From Christensenella sp. (GTDB lineage: Bacteria > Bacillota > Clostridia > Christensenellales > CAG-138), in assembly GCA_034927595.1 (NCBI GenBank), contig JAYFPQ010000017.1, forward strand, positions 34,224-98,223: a stretch of DNA of 64,000 nt, written 5' to 3'. The notes beneath the pieces were generated by a model. It saw only the letters and a list, made by a program, of their open reading frames with translations. It was not told the DNA's origin and did no database searches. The translations under genes were made by a program, and so were the position numbers. Positions within the stretch are counted from its first letter, which is position 1. Every line of letters begins with the position of its first letter. Positions 34,359 through 43,453 of this stretch are shown piece after piece.

Positions 34359-36041
34359 CTATTGATCGTACGGCAGGCCAAACGCGGTTTGATACTCTTT
34401 GTAAAGGTCGTTGCCCGTCCAGCCGCCCTCGCCGGAACTGCTCGCCTTGAAGCAAATCTGGCAGTCCGGCAGCGCTTTGACGAGCTGGTCGCGCTGTTCC
34501 TTGGTTACGTTCTTCACGCTCACAAACCAGAGCATTTCGAGGTCCTTGAGCCCTAGCAGCGGAGTAATGTCGTTAAACAGCGTAGCGCTGCAATTGAGAT
34601 AGCGCAGCTTGGGCAGCGCCGTGACCGTAGAGATGTCCGTTATGGGGTTCTGGTAGATTTCGAGACACTCCAGATTGGTCAGCGATTTAAGAGGGGAGAT
34701 GTCCACGATTTTGTTCATCGAAACAATCAGCGCGCGGAGCTTCGTGAGTCCGGACAGCGGAGTTAAATCGGTGATCCGGTTTCCGTGCCCCAGATCGAGA
34801 AAGACCAGATCCGTGCAGTACTTGAGCGGAACAATGTCCTCGTCGTGCAGGTTTGCCAGATTCTCGTCGACGAACCGACCCATATCATTGGGAAACACCT
34901 TGCGGTTCCCCTTGGAAAATGCCGTGATGTCCGTTCGCATTTCCCAGGCGCCGACCTGAATCATCCAGACGAACTTGACGTTTGGAAACGCCGCCATGAG
35001 CTGCTCCATCTGCTCGTTGGTTAGCCCGCAGTTGCACAAATTCGCATACGTCAGATTCGGCAGGTATTGCAACGCCGCCTCAACTTCCTCCGGCGAGGTC
35101 AGCGGGTAGCCGTTGAGCTCCAGCCGCGTCGCGTCGGTCGAAACCGTCTGCCCGAACAGCTCGATGGAGCAGATGAACACGACGTTCGGTAGTGCCGCTT
35201 TCAGCGCGCCCAGTTGCTCCAGCGTAAGCGTGTGCCCTTGCAGATTGACGCTCTTGAGCGCGGGGAACGCGCCTAGGAGCTCCGGCAATGCGGCAATGTC
35301 CACGTCCGCCGCGGACGAGAGATCAATCGACTCCGCAGTCGAAGGAATCTGCTGACCAAACAGCGATACGCCGTTGAGAAACGTCTTGTCGGGGTAAGCG
35401 CTTTGGAGCGCGGCAACCTGCTCCGCCGTCCAGCCCGTTTCGTTGAGGTCAATCTGCGCCAGCGCGGGCAGGCCAAACAGATACGCGCCGAACTGTTCCG
35501 GCGTCAGATCGCCGCCACCCCGAAGGACGACGGAGGTATCCGTGCTTTGGATCGTAATATCGCCAACGGTCACGTTCCAGGTAAAGGAGACGTTCGGGTA
35601 CGCCTGCGCGGCGGTTGCGAACGCATCGTTGACGAAGCAGAGCGTCGCGTCGACCTTTTTCAGCGAGGGAAAGCTGCGAAGCGTCGCCAGATCTGCGTCG
35701 CTGCAACCCGTTGGCAGCGTGAGCTCGGTTGCGCCGCTGTCAAAGCGCTCTCCACAGAGCGGAACGTTCCAAAGAATCGTGCAGTTCGGCAGCGCGGCAG
35801 ACAGGCGTTCGACCAGAGCCGCGTCCGCTTCCACGGCGCGCAGGTCCAGCGTCTTGAGCCGGTCAAATCCTTCGAACGACTCCGACTCCACCTGGGCAAT
35901 GTTGGAAACGACAATGGTCTCCGCGTTTTTGTCCAGCGTAGCCGCCGCACAGCCAGCGGAGAACAAAGCGATTGCAAAAACAAGGCTGAAACAAGCGAGC
36001 AGAACTATTCTTTTGGTGTGCCGATGAATTGATTGATTCAA
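34359..36041 (-). CDS. leucine-rich-repeat surface lipoprotein
   Basis: 560 aa. Signal peptide plus lipobox (FAIALFSAGC). Five ~70-aa modules share the ...A(L/Y/F)PN(V/C)xFxW... signature. Classic C-terminal LRRs follow (LTxLxxLxxLxxLxIxxNxIxDISPL). Confidence 0.8.
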   Translation of the reverse strand: MNQSIHRHTKRIVLLACFSLVFAIALFSAGCAAATLDKNAETIVVSNIAQVESESFEGFDRLKTLDLRAVEADAALVERLSAALPNCTILWNVPLCGERFDSGATELTLPTGCSDADLATLRSFPSLKKVDATLCFVNDAFATAAQAYPNVSFTWNVTVGDITIQSTDTSVVLRGGGDLTPEQFGAYLFGLPALAQIDLNETGWTAEQVAALQSAYPDKTFLNGVSLFGQQIPSTAESIDLSSAADVDIAALPELLGAFPALKSVNLQGHTLTLEQLGALKAALPNVVFICSIELFGQTVSTDATRLELNGYPLTSPEEVEAALQYLPNLTYANLCNCGLTNEQMEQLMAAFPNVKFVWMIQVGAWEMRTDITAFSKGNRKVFPNDMGRFVDENLANLHDEDIVPLKYCTDLVFLDLGHGNRITDLTPLSGLTKLRALIVSMNKIVDISPLKSLTNLECLEIYQNPITDISTVTALPKLRYLNCSATLFNDITPLLGLKDLEMLWFVSVKNVTKEQRDQLVKALPDCQICFKASSSGEGGWTGNDLYKEYQTAFGLPYDQ

Positions 36042-36080
36042 AATAACATCAGTCCGTTTCTATTCAAATAATCAATTGCT

Positions 36081-36959
36081 TTAGAGGTATAGAATCGCCA
36101 GCATGGCAACGACCAGCAGCCCAACCATCGCCAGCAGCCAACGGTCGCCAAAGAGCACTTCGACCGGGTCGCCGTCCGAGCGTCCCTCGGCGGTCAGGCT
36201 GTATTTCAGGCAGATTAAAATTACGAGCGGAACCGTCCAGAGCAGGTAGTCCCCGGAGGCGTGCTTCGCGGAAATCCCGTCCACGCACCAGAGGGAGTAA
36301 AACAGAATTCCGAGCGTCAGGCACATATACATGCCCTTGTCGAGAAACGAGTAGCTGTACCAGTTCAGCACCGCGCGCGTCTCTCCCTGCGTTTCGCCGG
36401 ACTGCAGCGCGCGCAGCTCGTTTCTGCGCTTGCCAAGCCCCATGAAGAACGACAGCGCGACGACGGTGAGATACAGCCAGTCGGAAATCGAAATCGAAAC
36501 GAGCGCCGAGCCATACAGCAGACGCAGTAGGAAACCGAGCATCAGAATCGTGATGTCCAGAATGGGCACGTTCTTCAGCCCCAGACTGTAGCCGACGTTG
36601 AACAACAGGTAGACCACCATGAAGATCCACGGCAGCAGCGCGCGCCCGCAGGCAAACGCGTTGACCACCAGCGCGAGAACGAGCAGCACCGCCGCGATGA
36701 CACGCGCCGTCGCAATCGGCACCGCACCGCTCGCGATGGGGCGGTTCTTCTTCGTCGGATGCAGGCGATCCTTCTCCACGTCCCGAATGTCATTGATGAT
36801 GTACACGGCGGACGACAGCAGCGAGAATGCGACGAAGCCAAGTAACACCGGAATCAGTAGCGACAGGTTGGAGAGCTGACGCCCGAACACGAGCGGCAGA
36901 AACAGCAGGACGTTCTTGCTGTAGTGCTTTACGCGCAATAGCTTAAAATACGGCTTCAT
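36081..36959 (-). CDS. UbiA-family prenyltransferase, decaprenyl-phosphate phosphoribosyltransferase-like
   Basis: 292 aa polytopic protein. MKPYFKLLRVKHYSKNVLLFLPLVFG plus the Asp-rich motif YIINDIRDVEKDRLHPTKKNRPIASG, as in DPPR synthases. Confidence 0.75.
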   Translation of the reverse strand: MKPYFKLLRVKHYSKNVLLFLPLVFGRQLSNLSLLIPVLLGFVAFSLLSSAVYIINDIRDVEKDRLHPTKKNRPIASGAVPIATARVIAAVLLVLALVVNAFACGRALLPWIFMVVYLLFNVGYSLGLKNVPILDITILMLGFLLRLLYGSALVSISISDWLYLTVVALSFFMGLGKRRNELRALQSGETQGETRAVLNWYSYSFLDKGMYMCLTLGILFYSLWCVDGISAKHASGDYLLWTVPLVILICLKYSLTAEGRSDGDPVEVLFGDRWLLAMVGLLVVAMLAILYL

Positions 36960-37009
36960 GCGTCACCTCCAAAATAGATGGGTGTTCGGCGATTCTCGTT
37001 GAAAGGGGG

Positions 37010-38677
37010 TCAGGAAACGGGGTAGTATTGCAGTCCAAAGCGAAGGATGTCCGCAAGACCCAGCGTATTCAGGTAAGCCAGCGCGAGGATACCCGCGCCA
37101 AGCAGACCATATTGCAGCGGGCGAATCTGCCGGAACAACCGCTTGATCAGCAGCAGAATCAACGACACAAACGCCCAGCCAAAGTAGAGCGTATAGAGCA
37201 CCAGCCCGTTTTCCGAGGTGCCCCAGCCGAGCACGCAGAGCAGCAGAAACGAGCAGGCGACCCATGCGGCGCAGATGCGCGCAAAGACGCTCTTCCGGTT
37301 CAGCAGGAATCCGGCGATTGCCGCGGCAAGAACGGCAAACCCGCCGACGCTCCAGCTCGTTACCTCCAGTTGATGGTACACGGCCATGCCGGAGTCGTAA
37401 TGGAACACCTGCGCCGCCGGGGCAACGAAGCACGAGGCGACAAAGCGGATGTACTGCATCAGCCGGGCAAGGAACGGAAGCTTATCTCCCGCAAATTGGA
37501 GCAGAAACTGAAGGTTCGCGGCGGTGGTCATCACCATGGCCGCGCGCCCGAACAGAAGGGCGATCAGCACAAACCAGAGAACGGCGAGCGCGCCTTGCTG
37601 AAACCGCTGCTTCCAGGATTTGCCGCTTGGAACGAGAACAATCGACACGCCGCTGATCAAAATCGAGCCGGTGGCGGCGATCCAGGCGGTGTCCCGACCC
37701 TCGGTTTCGCCGGACACAAACAGCCAGACCAGCAAGATCAGCCAGAACACGGAGAAGATGTATTGCTCCATGTTCAGCAAAAACAACAGCGTTGGAAACA
37801 TGACACTCAGCAGAACCAGCGACAGCGCCTTGCCTCCGCCGGACGTGCCGAACATGCGAACGATCAGAATCAAAGCCAGCAACAAAAGCGCAGCCTGCAC
37901 AATTTGAAGCAGCGGCAGGTATACTGCCGGAAGCAACAGCAGGCGGGAAACGAGCGAAGCGCCGAGCGCAAACGGCGCGGCGAACACCCCAAAGAGCGGC
38001 TGGCGGATGTCGTTTTCCGACGCGGCAACGTTGAGAAACACGTTTTGTTCCGTCAGGGAAGACGTATCACTCGTGTAGAGAATGTCGACTTTTTTCCAAA
38101 CGTTATCCGCCGAAGCATTCGGGTTTGAAAACACGCTTGTCTGGGAATAGACGACTACGATGGCGACGACGCAGAGCGCGAGCGCGACGAGAAAGAACCA
38201 GCGCTCGACCGCGTCCGTCTTTTGCAAAATGGCGCGCATCCGTGCGGAAAGCCAGCCAAGAAACCAGTAGAGATACACAAATAGCGCGAGAACGGCGACC
38301 AGCCCCGCAAGCGCGGAGGCTGCGGCGCCGTAGCGGCCGGCCAGATCGAGAATCAGCGGCTTTGCGCTTTCGGCGGCAAAGCTGTTGAGGTGCACCAGAA
38401 AGAGATTCGCATAAACCTCGGCCGCATAGGCGGCGAGCACGAGACTCAGCGCCGCGCGCCCCAGATGGAACGAGGCGAACACCCGCTCGAGAAACCGAAA
38501 GCGAAAGACGAGGAAGATCAGCGCGAGCACAACGAGCGGCAGGCTGGCCACGACCCAGACGAGTTCGCCCTTGACGGAGAGCAGCCCGGCAAGCGCGGTT
38601 GCCGAGAGCAAGAACAGCCAGCGAAACGCCTTGGTCGGCGTTTGATCTGCCTGTAGGAACAGATGGTTCATTCCCAA
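37010..38677 (-). CDS. large polytopic membrane protein, possible GT-C-type glycosyltransferase
   Basis: 555 aa, with at least 12 hydrophobic segments by eye. One hydrophilic loop contains ...VAASENDIRQPLFG. I recognise no family motif with certainty. It lies 50 nt upstream of the UbiA gene on the same strand. Confidence 0.5.
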   Translation of the reverse strand: MGMNHLFLQADQTPTKAFRWLFLLSATALAGLLSVKGELVWVVASLPLVVLALIFLVFRFRFLERVFASFHLGRAALSLVLAAYAAEVYANLFLVHLNSFAAESAKPLILDLAGRYGAAASALAGLVAVLALFVYLYWFLGWLSARMRAILQKTDAVERWFFLVALALCVVAIVVVYSQTSVFSNPNASADNVWKKVDILYTSDTSSLTEQNVFLNVAASENDIRQPLFGVFAAPFALGASLVSRLLLLPAVYLPLLQIVQAALLLLALILIVRMFGTSGGGKALSLVLLSVMFPTLLFLLNMEQYIFSVFWLILLVWLFVSGETEGRDTAWIAATGSILISGVSIVLVPSGKSWKQRFQQGALAVLWFVLIALLFGRAAMVMTTAANLQFLLQFAGDKLPFLARLMQYIRFVASCFVAPAAQVFHYDSGMAVYHQLEVTSWSVGGFAVLAAAIAGFLLNRKSVFARICAAWVACSFLLLCVLGWGTSENGLVLYTLYFGWAFVSLILLLIKRLFRQIRPLQYGLLGAGILALAYLNTLGLADILRFGLQYYPVS

Positions 38678-38827
38678 ATCCCCCCGTCGGCGCGCGCAGC
38701 CGGACGACTGCCGATGCAGAGCGCCTTATTTCGATTTTTACCTCTGGTCGATACCGGATATTATAGCATACCGCCGCGAATACTGACAATCGAAGCGGCG
38801 ACGAGCCGTAGGAACGCGGCATGCATT

Positions 38828-38875
38828 CCGCCGGATGAATTTCGGTTTGATTTCCGGTTGCAGACGCGATAGAAT
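38828..38875 (+). promoter_or_regulatory. conserved box + promoter upstream of the yesN-like operon
   Basis: CGCCGGATGAATTTCGGTTTGATTTCCGG. The TTGATT (38847..38852) can serve as -35, then a 17-nt spacer and TAGAAT (38870..38875). The 12-mer TTCGGTTTGATT recurs at 44521..44532. Confidence 0.5.
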
Positions 38876-39007
38876 AGTCCACAGGTTAGACACATCCGTA
38901 AGAATCACATGAGATATTGCTTGTTTTCCATTCAAAATCACGTATCATTCGAAATACGCAGTATGGTATAAGTGTATTTACATCATTTGTTTAGGGGAAA
39001 GAACCGT

Positions 39008-40606
39008 ATGCCGGAATACCGCATCATGATTGTGGACGACGAAACCGAGGTTCGCGAGGGCATTGCCAGCCGCGTGGACTGGAAAGCCGCCGGGTTTACG
39101 ATTGTCGCCACTGCCGAAAACGGACAGGATGCGCTGGAGAAGGCGGAGTTTCTGGATCTCGACGTCGTGCTGACGGACATCAAGATGCCGTATATGGACG
39201 GACTGACCCTCGGGGCGGAGCTGCTCAGCCGATACCCGGCAACGAAGCTGATCATCCTCTCCGGGTTCGACGAGTTTGAGTACGCCAAGGAGGCAATCAA
39301 GCTCAACGTGCTGGAGTATGTGCTCAAGCCCGTGAATGCGGACGAGCTGCTGCTGGTGTTGCAGCGGGCAAAGGCAAGGCTCGACGCGGAGTTCAACGCA
39401 AAGCAGGATATCGAGTCCCTACGCTCGCGCTACGAGCAGGCGCTGCCGCTGCTGCGGGACCAGAGCCTGCGCGAAATCCTCGCGGGGTCCGTTCCGGCGG
39501 AAGAGGTATCGCGGCTGTTCGAACTCTACGGCGTCCACCTCGATATCACAAACCCGATGATCGTCGCCGTATTCGACACGAGCGGGCAGATTCCGGCCGG
39601 GTCGATGATTACGCGGGAACTGCTGCCCGTTTCGGTGCGCGCGCTGGTGGAAGCGGCGCTGGAAGGCAAGTGCTCCTACGCTACGTTTTTGAGTTTTTAC
39701 AACGTCATCGTCGTTTCCAGCTGGGTGAGCGATCCGGTGGATCATATGATGATGGCGGCAAATGAAATCTGCGGCGAGTGCAAATCGCTCTTCGGCGTCG
39801 AGGTGACGGCGGGGGTCGGGCGCCGCTGCGGCGAGGTTTCGCTGCTGCGCGAGTCGCTCTTTGAAGCGCGTTCCGCGCTGGAATATCAGCGCGTGGTCGG
39901 TGGCGGCAAGGCGATCTATATTCGGGACGTCGAGCGCATGACGCGCCACCCCGCGACGCTGGACAGCCGTTATGAGCAGCGCCTGACCGCGGCGGTGAAG
40001 TTCGGCTCCGGCGAGCAGATTGAAACCGAGATTGGAGAGATTCTCGAAGGACTCAGCGACGCCGCGCCCGGCGACTGGAAGTACCGCGCCTATGTGACGG
40101 GCATTCTCAACGCGCTCAACCAGATCATCGCGCGCTACGACCTGCCCGCGGAAGAGGTAATGGGCGACGAAGGCATGCTGCTGTTTCAAGAGGGCGGCAG
40201 GCTGGGCGTTCCCTCACTCCAGAAAGCCCTGTTGGAGGTTTGCCTTCGCATCGGCGGCTACATGAACCAGCGCCGCTCCTCCATGGCGGGCACACTCGTA
40301 GAAAAGGCGAAGCAGTTCATTCTCAAGCACTTTGCAGACGTCGATCTTTCCGTCGAGAAGGTCTGCGAACACCTGCACATCAGCCAGTCCTACTTTTCCT
40401 CCATCTTCAAGCAGGACACGGGGCGCAGCTTTGTGCAGTATTTAATCGATCTTCGCATGGATCACGCCGCGGAACTGCTGCGTGAGTCCGACGAAAAGAC
40501 CTATGTCATTGCCCAGCGGGTCGGCTACGACGAGCCGAACTATTTTTCCTACGTGTTTAAACGCAAATTCGGCGTATCACCCTCGCAATTCCGAAACGGG
40601 AACTAG
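39008..40606 (+). CDS. YesN-type response regulator (REC + AraC-family HTH)
   Basis: Track ORF is 38972..40606 (GTG). The ATG at 39008 (MPEYRIMIVDDE) follows AGGGGAAAG. REC motif DVVLTDIKMPYMDG. C-terminal AraC HTH: GYDEPNYFSYVFKRKFGVSPSQFR. Confidence 0.88.
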   Translation: MPEYRIMIVDDETEVREGIASRVDWKAAGFTIVATAENGQDALEKAEFLDLDVVLTDIKMPYMDGLTLGAELLSRYPATKLIILSGFDEFEYAKEAIKLNVLEYVLKPVNADELLLVLQRAKARLDAEFNAKQDIESLRSRYEQALPLLRDQSLREILAGSVPAEEVSRLFELYGVHLDITNPMIVAVFDTSGQIPAGSMITRELLPVSVRALVEAALEGKCSYATFLSFYNVIVVSSWVSDPVDHMMMAANEICGECKSLFGVEVTAGVGRRCGEVSLLRESLFEARSALEYQRVVGGGKAIYIRDVERMTRHPATLDSRYEQRLTAAVKFGSGEQIETEIGEILEGLSDAAPGDWKYRAYVTGILNALNQIIARYDLPAEEVMGDEGMLLFQEGGRLGVPSLQKALLEVCLRIGGYMNQRRSSMAGTLVEKAKQFILKHFADVDLSVEKVCEHLHISQSYFSSIFKQDTGRSFVQYLIDLRMDHAAELLRESDEKTYVIAQRVGYDEPNYFSYVFKRKFGVSPSQFRNGN

Positions 40607-40683
40607 CGCGTTTCGTGCGGCCTAAGAGGGAAGGACAAACCGGCAAACATCAGCCGGCGCATACCATACGGGAGTGGATCGAA

Positions 40684-42495
40684 ATGGGAAAGTCACTGGT
40701 TCGTGCGCTTTCCGGCAGGCTCGTTTCGCAATCGGAGCGTTCGAGCATCCGCTATACGGTCTTTCTGTCGTTCACCATCAGCGCAATCGCCGCGATGGTG
40801 CTGACCGGCATGCTGTTCTATTTCAATTTTTCACGTCAGTTGGAGCAAACGATCCAGAGTGAGAACGAAATGCTCGTCAAGCAGGTCAACCAATCGGTCG
40901 ATACGTACCTGCGCGACATGCTCCGGCTCTCGAACTCCATCTACTACAACGTCATCAAGAATGTGGATATCGACAGCGACCCGATCAACTCCGAATTGCA
41001 GCTGCTCTACGGAACCTATTCGAGCTATGTGGAGAACATCGCTCTGTACGATCTGGATGGAAACCTGCTCGCCACCGCGCCGCCCGCGCTCAGTAAGCCC
41101 GGCGTGGACGTCCGGCAGGCGCAGTGGTTTCAAAAGGCGCTCAACCGAACGGAGAACCTGCACTTTGCAACGCCGGAGATTCAAAATCTGTTTGTCAACG
41201 CGGAGCATCGCTACATCCGCGTGATTTCGCTTTCCTCCGCCGTGGAAATCACGAGCGGAAAGAGCACCATGGGCGGCGTGCTGCTGATTGACCTCAAGTA
41301 CAACAGCCTTACGGAGCTGTTTGACCACATGTCGCTGGCAAATGGCGGCTATCTGTACCTGATGGACGCCAACGGAGAATTGATCTACCATCCGGAGCAG
41401 CAGCTGATCGCCTCGGGACTCGCGAAGGAAAACAACCTCGTCGCGGCAACGTATGACGACGGCGGGCATCAGGAGACGTTTAACGGAGAAGCGCGTTCCA
41501 TCATCGTGCGCACGGTCGGGTACACCGGCTGGCGCATTGTCGGCGTGATTCCGCAGCAGGGCATCGTGCTCAATCAGCTGGACAATGTGCTCATCATCAT
41601 TGCAATATTCCTGATGCTGTTTGACATCGTCATTCTGATCAATTCGTTTATCTCAACCAAGCTCACCGCGCCGATCAAGCACCTGGAGGAGTCCGTCCAG
41701 ACGCTGGAATACGGGGACGCGAGCAAGGCCATCTATCAGGGCGGTTCCTACGAGATCCGTCACCTCGGCGCGTCGATTCAGGGCATGGTCGACCAACTCC
41801 AGCAACTGACGGACGACATCGTCCGCGAGCACGAACAAAAGCAGAAGAGCGAGCTGGACGCGCTGCAAAGCCAGATCAACCCGCATTTCCTCTACAACGC
41901 GCTCGACATCATCGTTTGGATGATTGAGCGGGAGCAGCCGCGCGAAGCGGTGAACATCGTCACTGCGCTGGCGAGGCTCTTCCGCATCAGCCTCAGCCGC
42001 GGCAAGAACATCATTCCCGTTCGGGACGAGCTGGAGCACGTGCAGAACTACCTGACCATTCAGACGATGCGCTATAAGAACAAGTTCTCCTATGTCATCG
42101 AGATGGATGACGAGGTGAAGGACCTCGCGATCATCAAGCTCGTTGTCCAGCCGCTCGTGGAAAACGCAATCTACCACGGCATGGACTTTATGGACGGCGA
42201 CGGAATGATCACGATCTCGGCAAAGATCGTTGGCGACGAGCTGCATCTGACGGTCGCGGACAACGGCCTCGGCATGAAGCCGGAGGTCGTCGAGCGATTA
42301 TTGGTTGAATACACACCCGTCTCCAAAGGTTCCGGCGTCGGGCTGAAGAACGTCAACGAGCGCATCAAACTCTACTTTGGCGACCGCTACGGGGTACTGA
42401 TCAAGAGCGAACCGGACGAGGGCACCTGGATTACGCTTGTGCTGCCGATCATTCGCTACGAAACAGAGGAGGCGAGCGACGTTGGGCAAAAGTGA
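40684..42495 (+). CDS. YesM/LytS-type sensor histidine kinase (two TM segments, extracytoplasmic domain, HAMP, His_kinase, HATPase)
   Basis: Track ORF is 40615..42495. The ATG at 40684 gives MGKSLVRAL. TM1 is FTISAIAAMVLTGMLFYF. A ~270-aa external domain is followed by TM2 (LIIIAIFLMLFDIVILI). H-box QINPHFLYNALD. ATPase motif GSGVGLKNVNERI. Confidence 0.88.
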   Translation: MGKSLVRALSGRLVSQSERSSIRYTVFLSFTISAIAAMVLTGMLFYFNFSRQLEQTIQSENEMLVKQVNQSVDTYLRDMLRLSNSIYYNVIKNVDIDSDPINSELQLLYGTYSSYVENIALYDLDGNLLATAPPALSKPGVDVRQAQWFQKALNRTENLHFATPEIQNLFVNAEHRYIRVISLSSAVEITSGKSTMGGVLLIDLKYNSLTELFDHMSLANGGYLYLMDANGELIYHPEQQLIASGLAKENNLVAATYDDGGHQETFNGEARSIIVRTVGYTGWRIVGVIPQQGIVLNQLDNVLIIIAIFLMLFDIVILINSFISTKLTAPIKHLEESVQTLEYGDASKAIYQGGSYEIRHLGASIQGMVDQLQQLTDDIVREHEQKQKSELDALQSQINPHFLYNALDIIVWMIEREQPREAVNIVTALARLFRISLSRGKNIIPVRDELEHVQNYLTIQTMRYKNKFSYVIEMDDEVKDLAIIKLVVQPLVENAIYHGMDFMDGDGMITISAKIVGDELHLTVADNGLGMKPEVVERLLVEYTPVSKGSGVGLKNVNERIKLYFGDRYGVLIKSEPDEGTWITLVLPIIRYETEEASDVGQK

Positions 42496-43402
42496 GAAAT
42501 CCGCGTTTATTCTGATTACGGCGCTGCTCGTGCTGCTGATCGGCTTTATTCTGATTCGCGCGCTGACGAGCCACGACGCGGTGCGCGTTTACCGCGTTTC
42601 GATCATTACGGACGACGTGCAGGGGGACTACAGCGCAAACGTGCTCAAGGGTCTCGACCGCGCGGCGCGGGACTATAACATCGACCTGCAGGTCATTGCC
42701 CTGCACAGCGGCATGACGACGGAGCAGCAGAAGAACTCGCTCGAGCGCGAGCTGGAGTCGGAGACGGATGCGATCATCCTCAACCTCCAGCAAAACCCGA
42801 ACCTCTCCGAACAGCTCGACCTTTCGGCCATGTCGGTGCCGGTCATTTCGCTTGGCACCGCCTGGGACGGCTCTTCCTCCATTCGCAGCATATCGACAGA
42901 CGACGCCGCCATGGGGCGCATGCTTGCCGAGGAGATGATTAAGGACGGGGTTACCTCCTGCGCGATTCGCGCGAGCCTGGACAACGCGCGTGTTCGCCTG
43001 CGGGAACAGGGGTTTATTGAAGCGATCGAAGCGGCCGGCATTCCGTATGCGAGCGAGTGGAACCCGGAGTCAATTGCCTGGGGCAGCTTTCCCGCCGGGG
43101 TTGCCGTAGCCGCGCTGGACGAACCGTCGCTGGAGATGGTGCTTGACCAGCGCATGCTCAATCGTCCCGCGCTGTATGGAATCGGCTACACAAACACGTT
43201 GCTGTCGAATCTGGAGTCCGGCGTCATCCGCCGCCTGATTGTGGAGGACGACTACGCGATGGGGTATCTTGCGCTGCAGAGCGCCGTGGACGCGATTGAA
43301 AACCACGGAAAGGTTTACGAACAGATCTTGGAGTGCTATGTGGCCGACGCGGAGCACCTCTATCAGGAACCGCTGAAGCACATTCTGTTTCCAATTTCGT
43401 AA
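42482..43402 (+). CDS. membrane-anchored type-I periplasmic-binding-protein-fold protein (sensor-associated)
   Basis: Track ORF is 42437..43402. A TTG at 42482 follows GAGGAGG and overlaps the kinase stop. The N-terminal uncleaved-looking TM segment is AFILITALLVLLIGFILI. An RbsB/LacI-core-like domain follows (RVSIITDD...DAIILN...VPVISLG). The start is uncertain. Confidence 0.7.
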   Translation: MGKSEKSAFILITALLVLLIGFILIRALTSHDAVRVYRVSIITDDVQGDYSANVLKGLDRAARDYNIDLQVIALHSGMTTEQQKNSLERELESETDAIILNLQQNPNLSEQLDLSAMSVPVISLGTAWDGSSSIRSISTDDAAMGRMLAEEMIKDGVTSCAIRASLDNARVRLREQGFIEAIEAAGIPYASEWNPESIAWGSFPAGVAVAALDEPSLEMVLDQRMLNRPALYGIGYTNTLLSNLESGVIRRLIVEDDYAMGYLALQSAVDAIENHGKVYEQILECYVADAEHLYQEPLKHILFPIS

Positions 43403-43453
43403 GAGCATTCACTCGGATCACGTTTTTCAGATATACAGAATGGAGGGATCGCG

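Noticed and set aside
32512-34455. 647-aa ORF antisense to the AOR gene. Similar very long antisense ORFs occur at 53336..55372 (678 aa), 14587..15768 (393 aa), 29422..30567, 44743..45792, 50605..51759 and 62311..63201.
   Set aside because: The opposite strand encodes unmistakable, motif-rich families in each case. The antisense translations are Arg/His/Ala/Gly-rich and low in complexity, with no motifs, RBS or sensible starts. These are the usual stop-poor shadow frames of GC-rich coding DNA.
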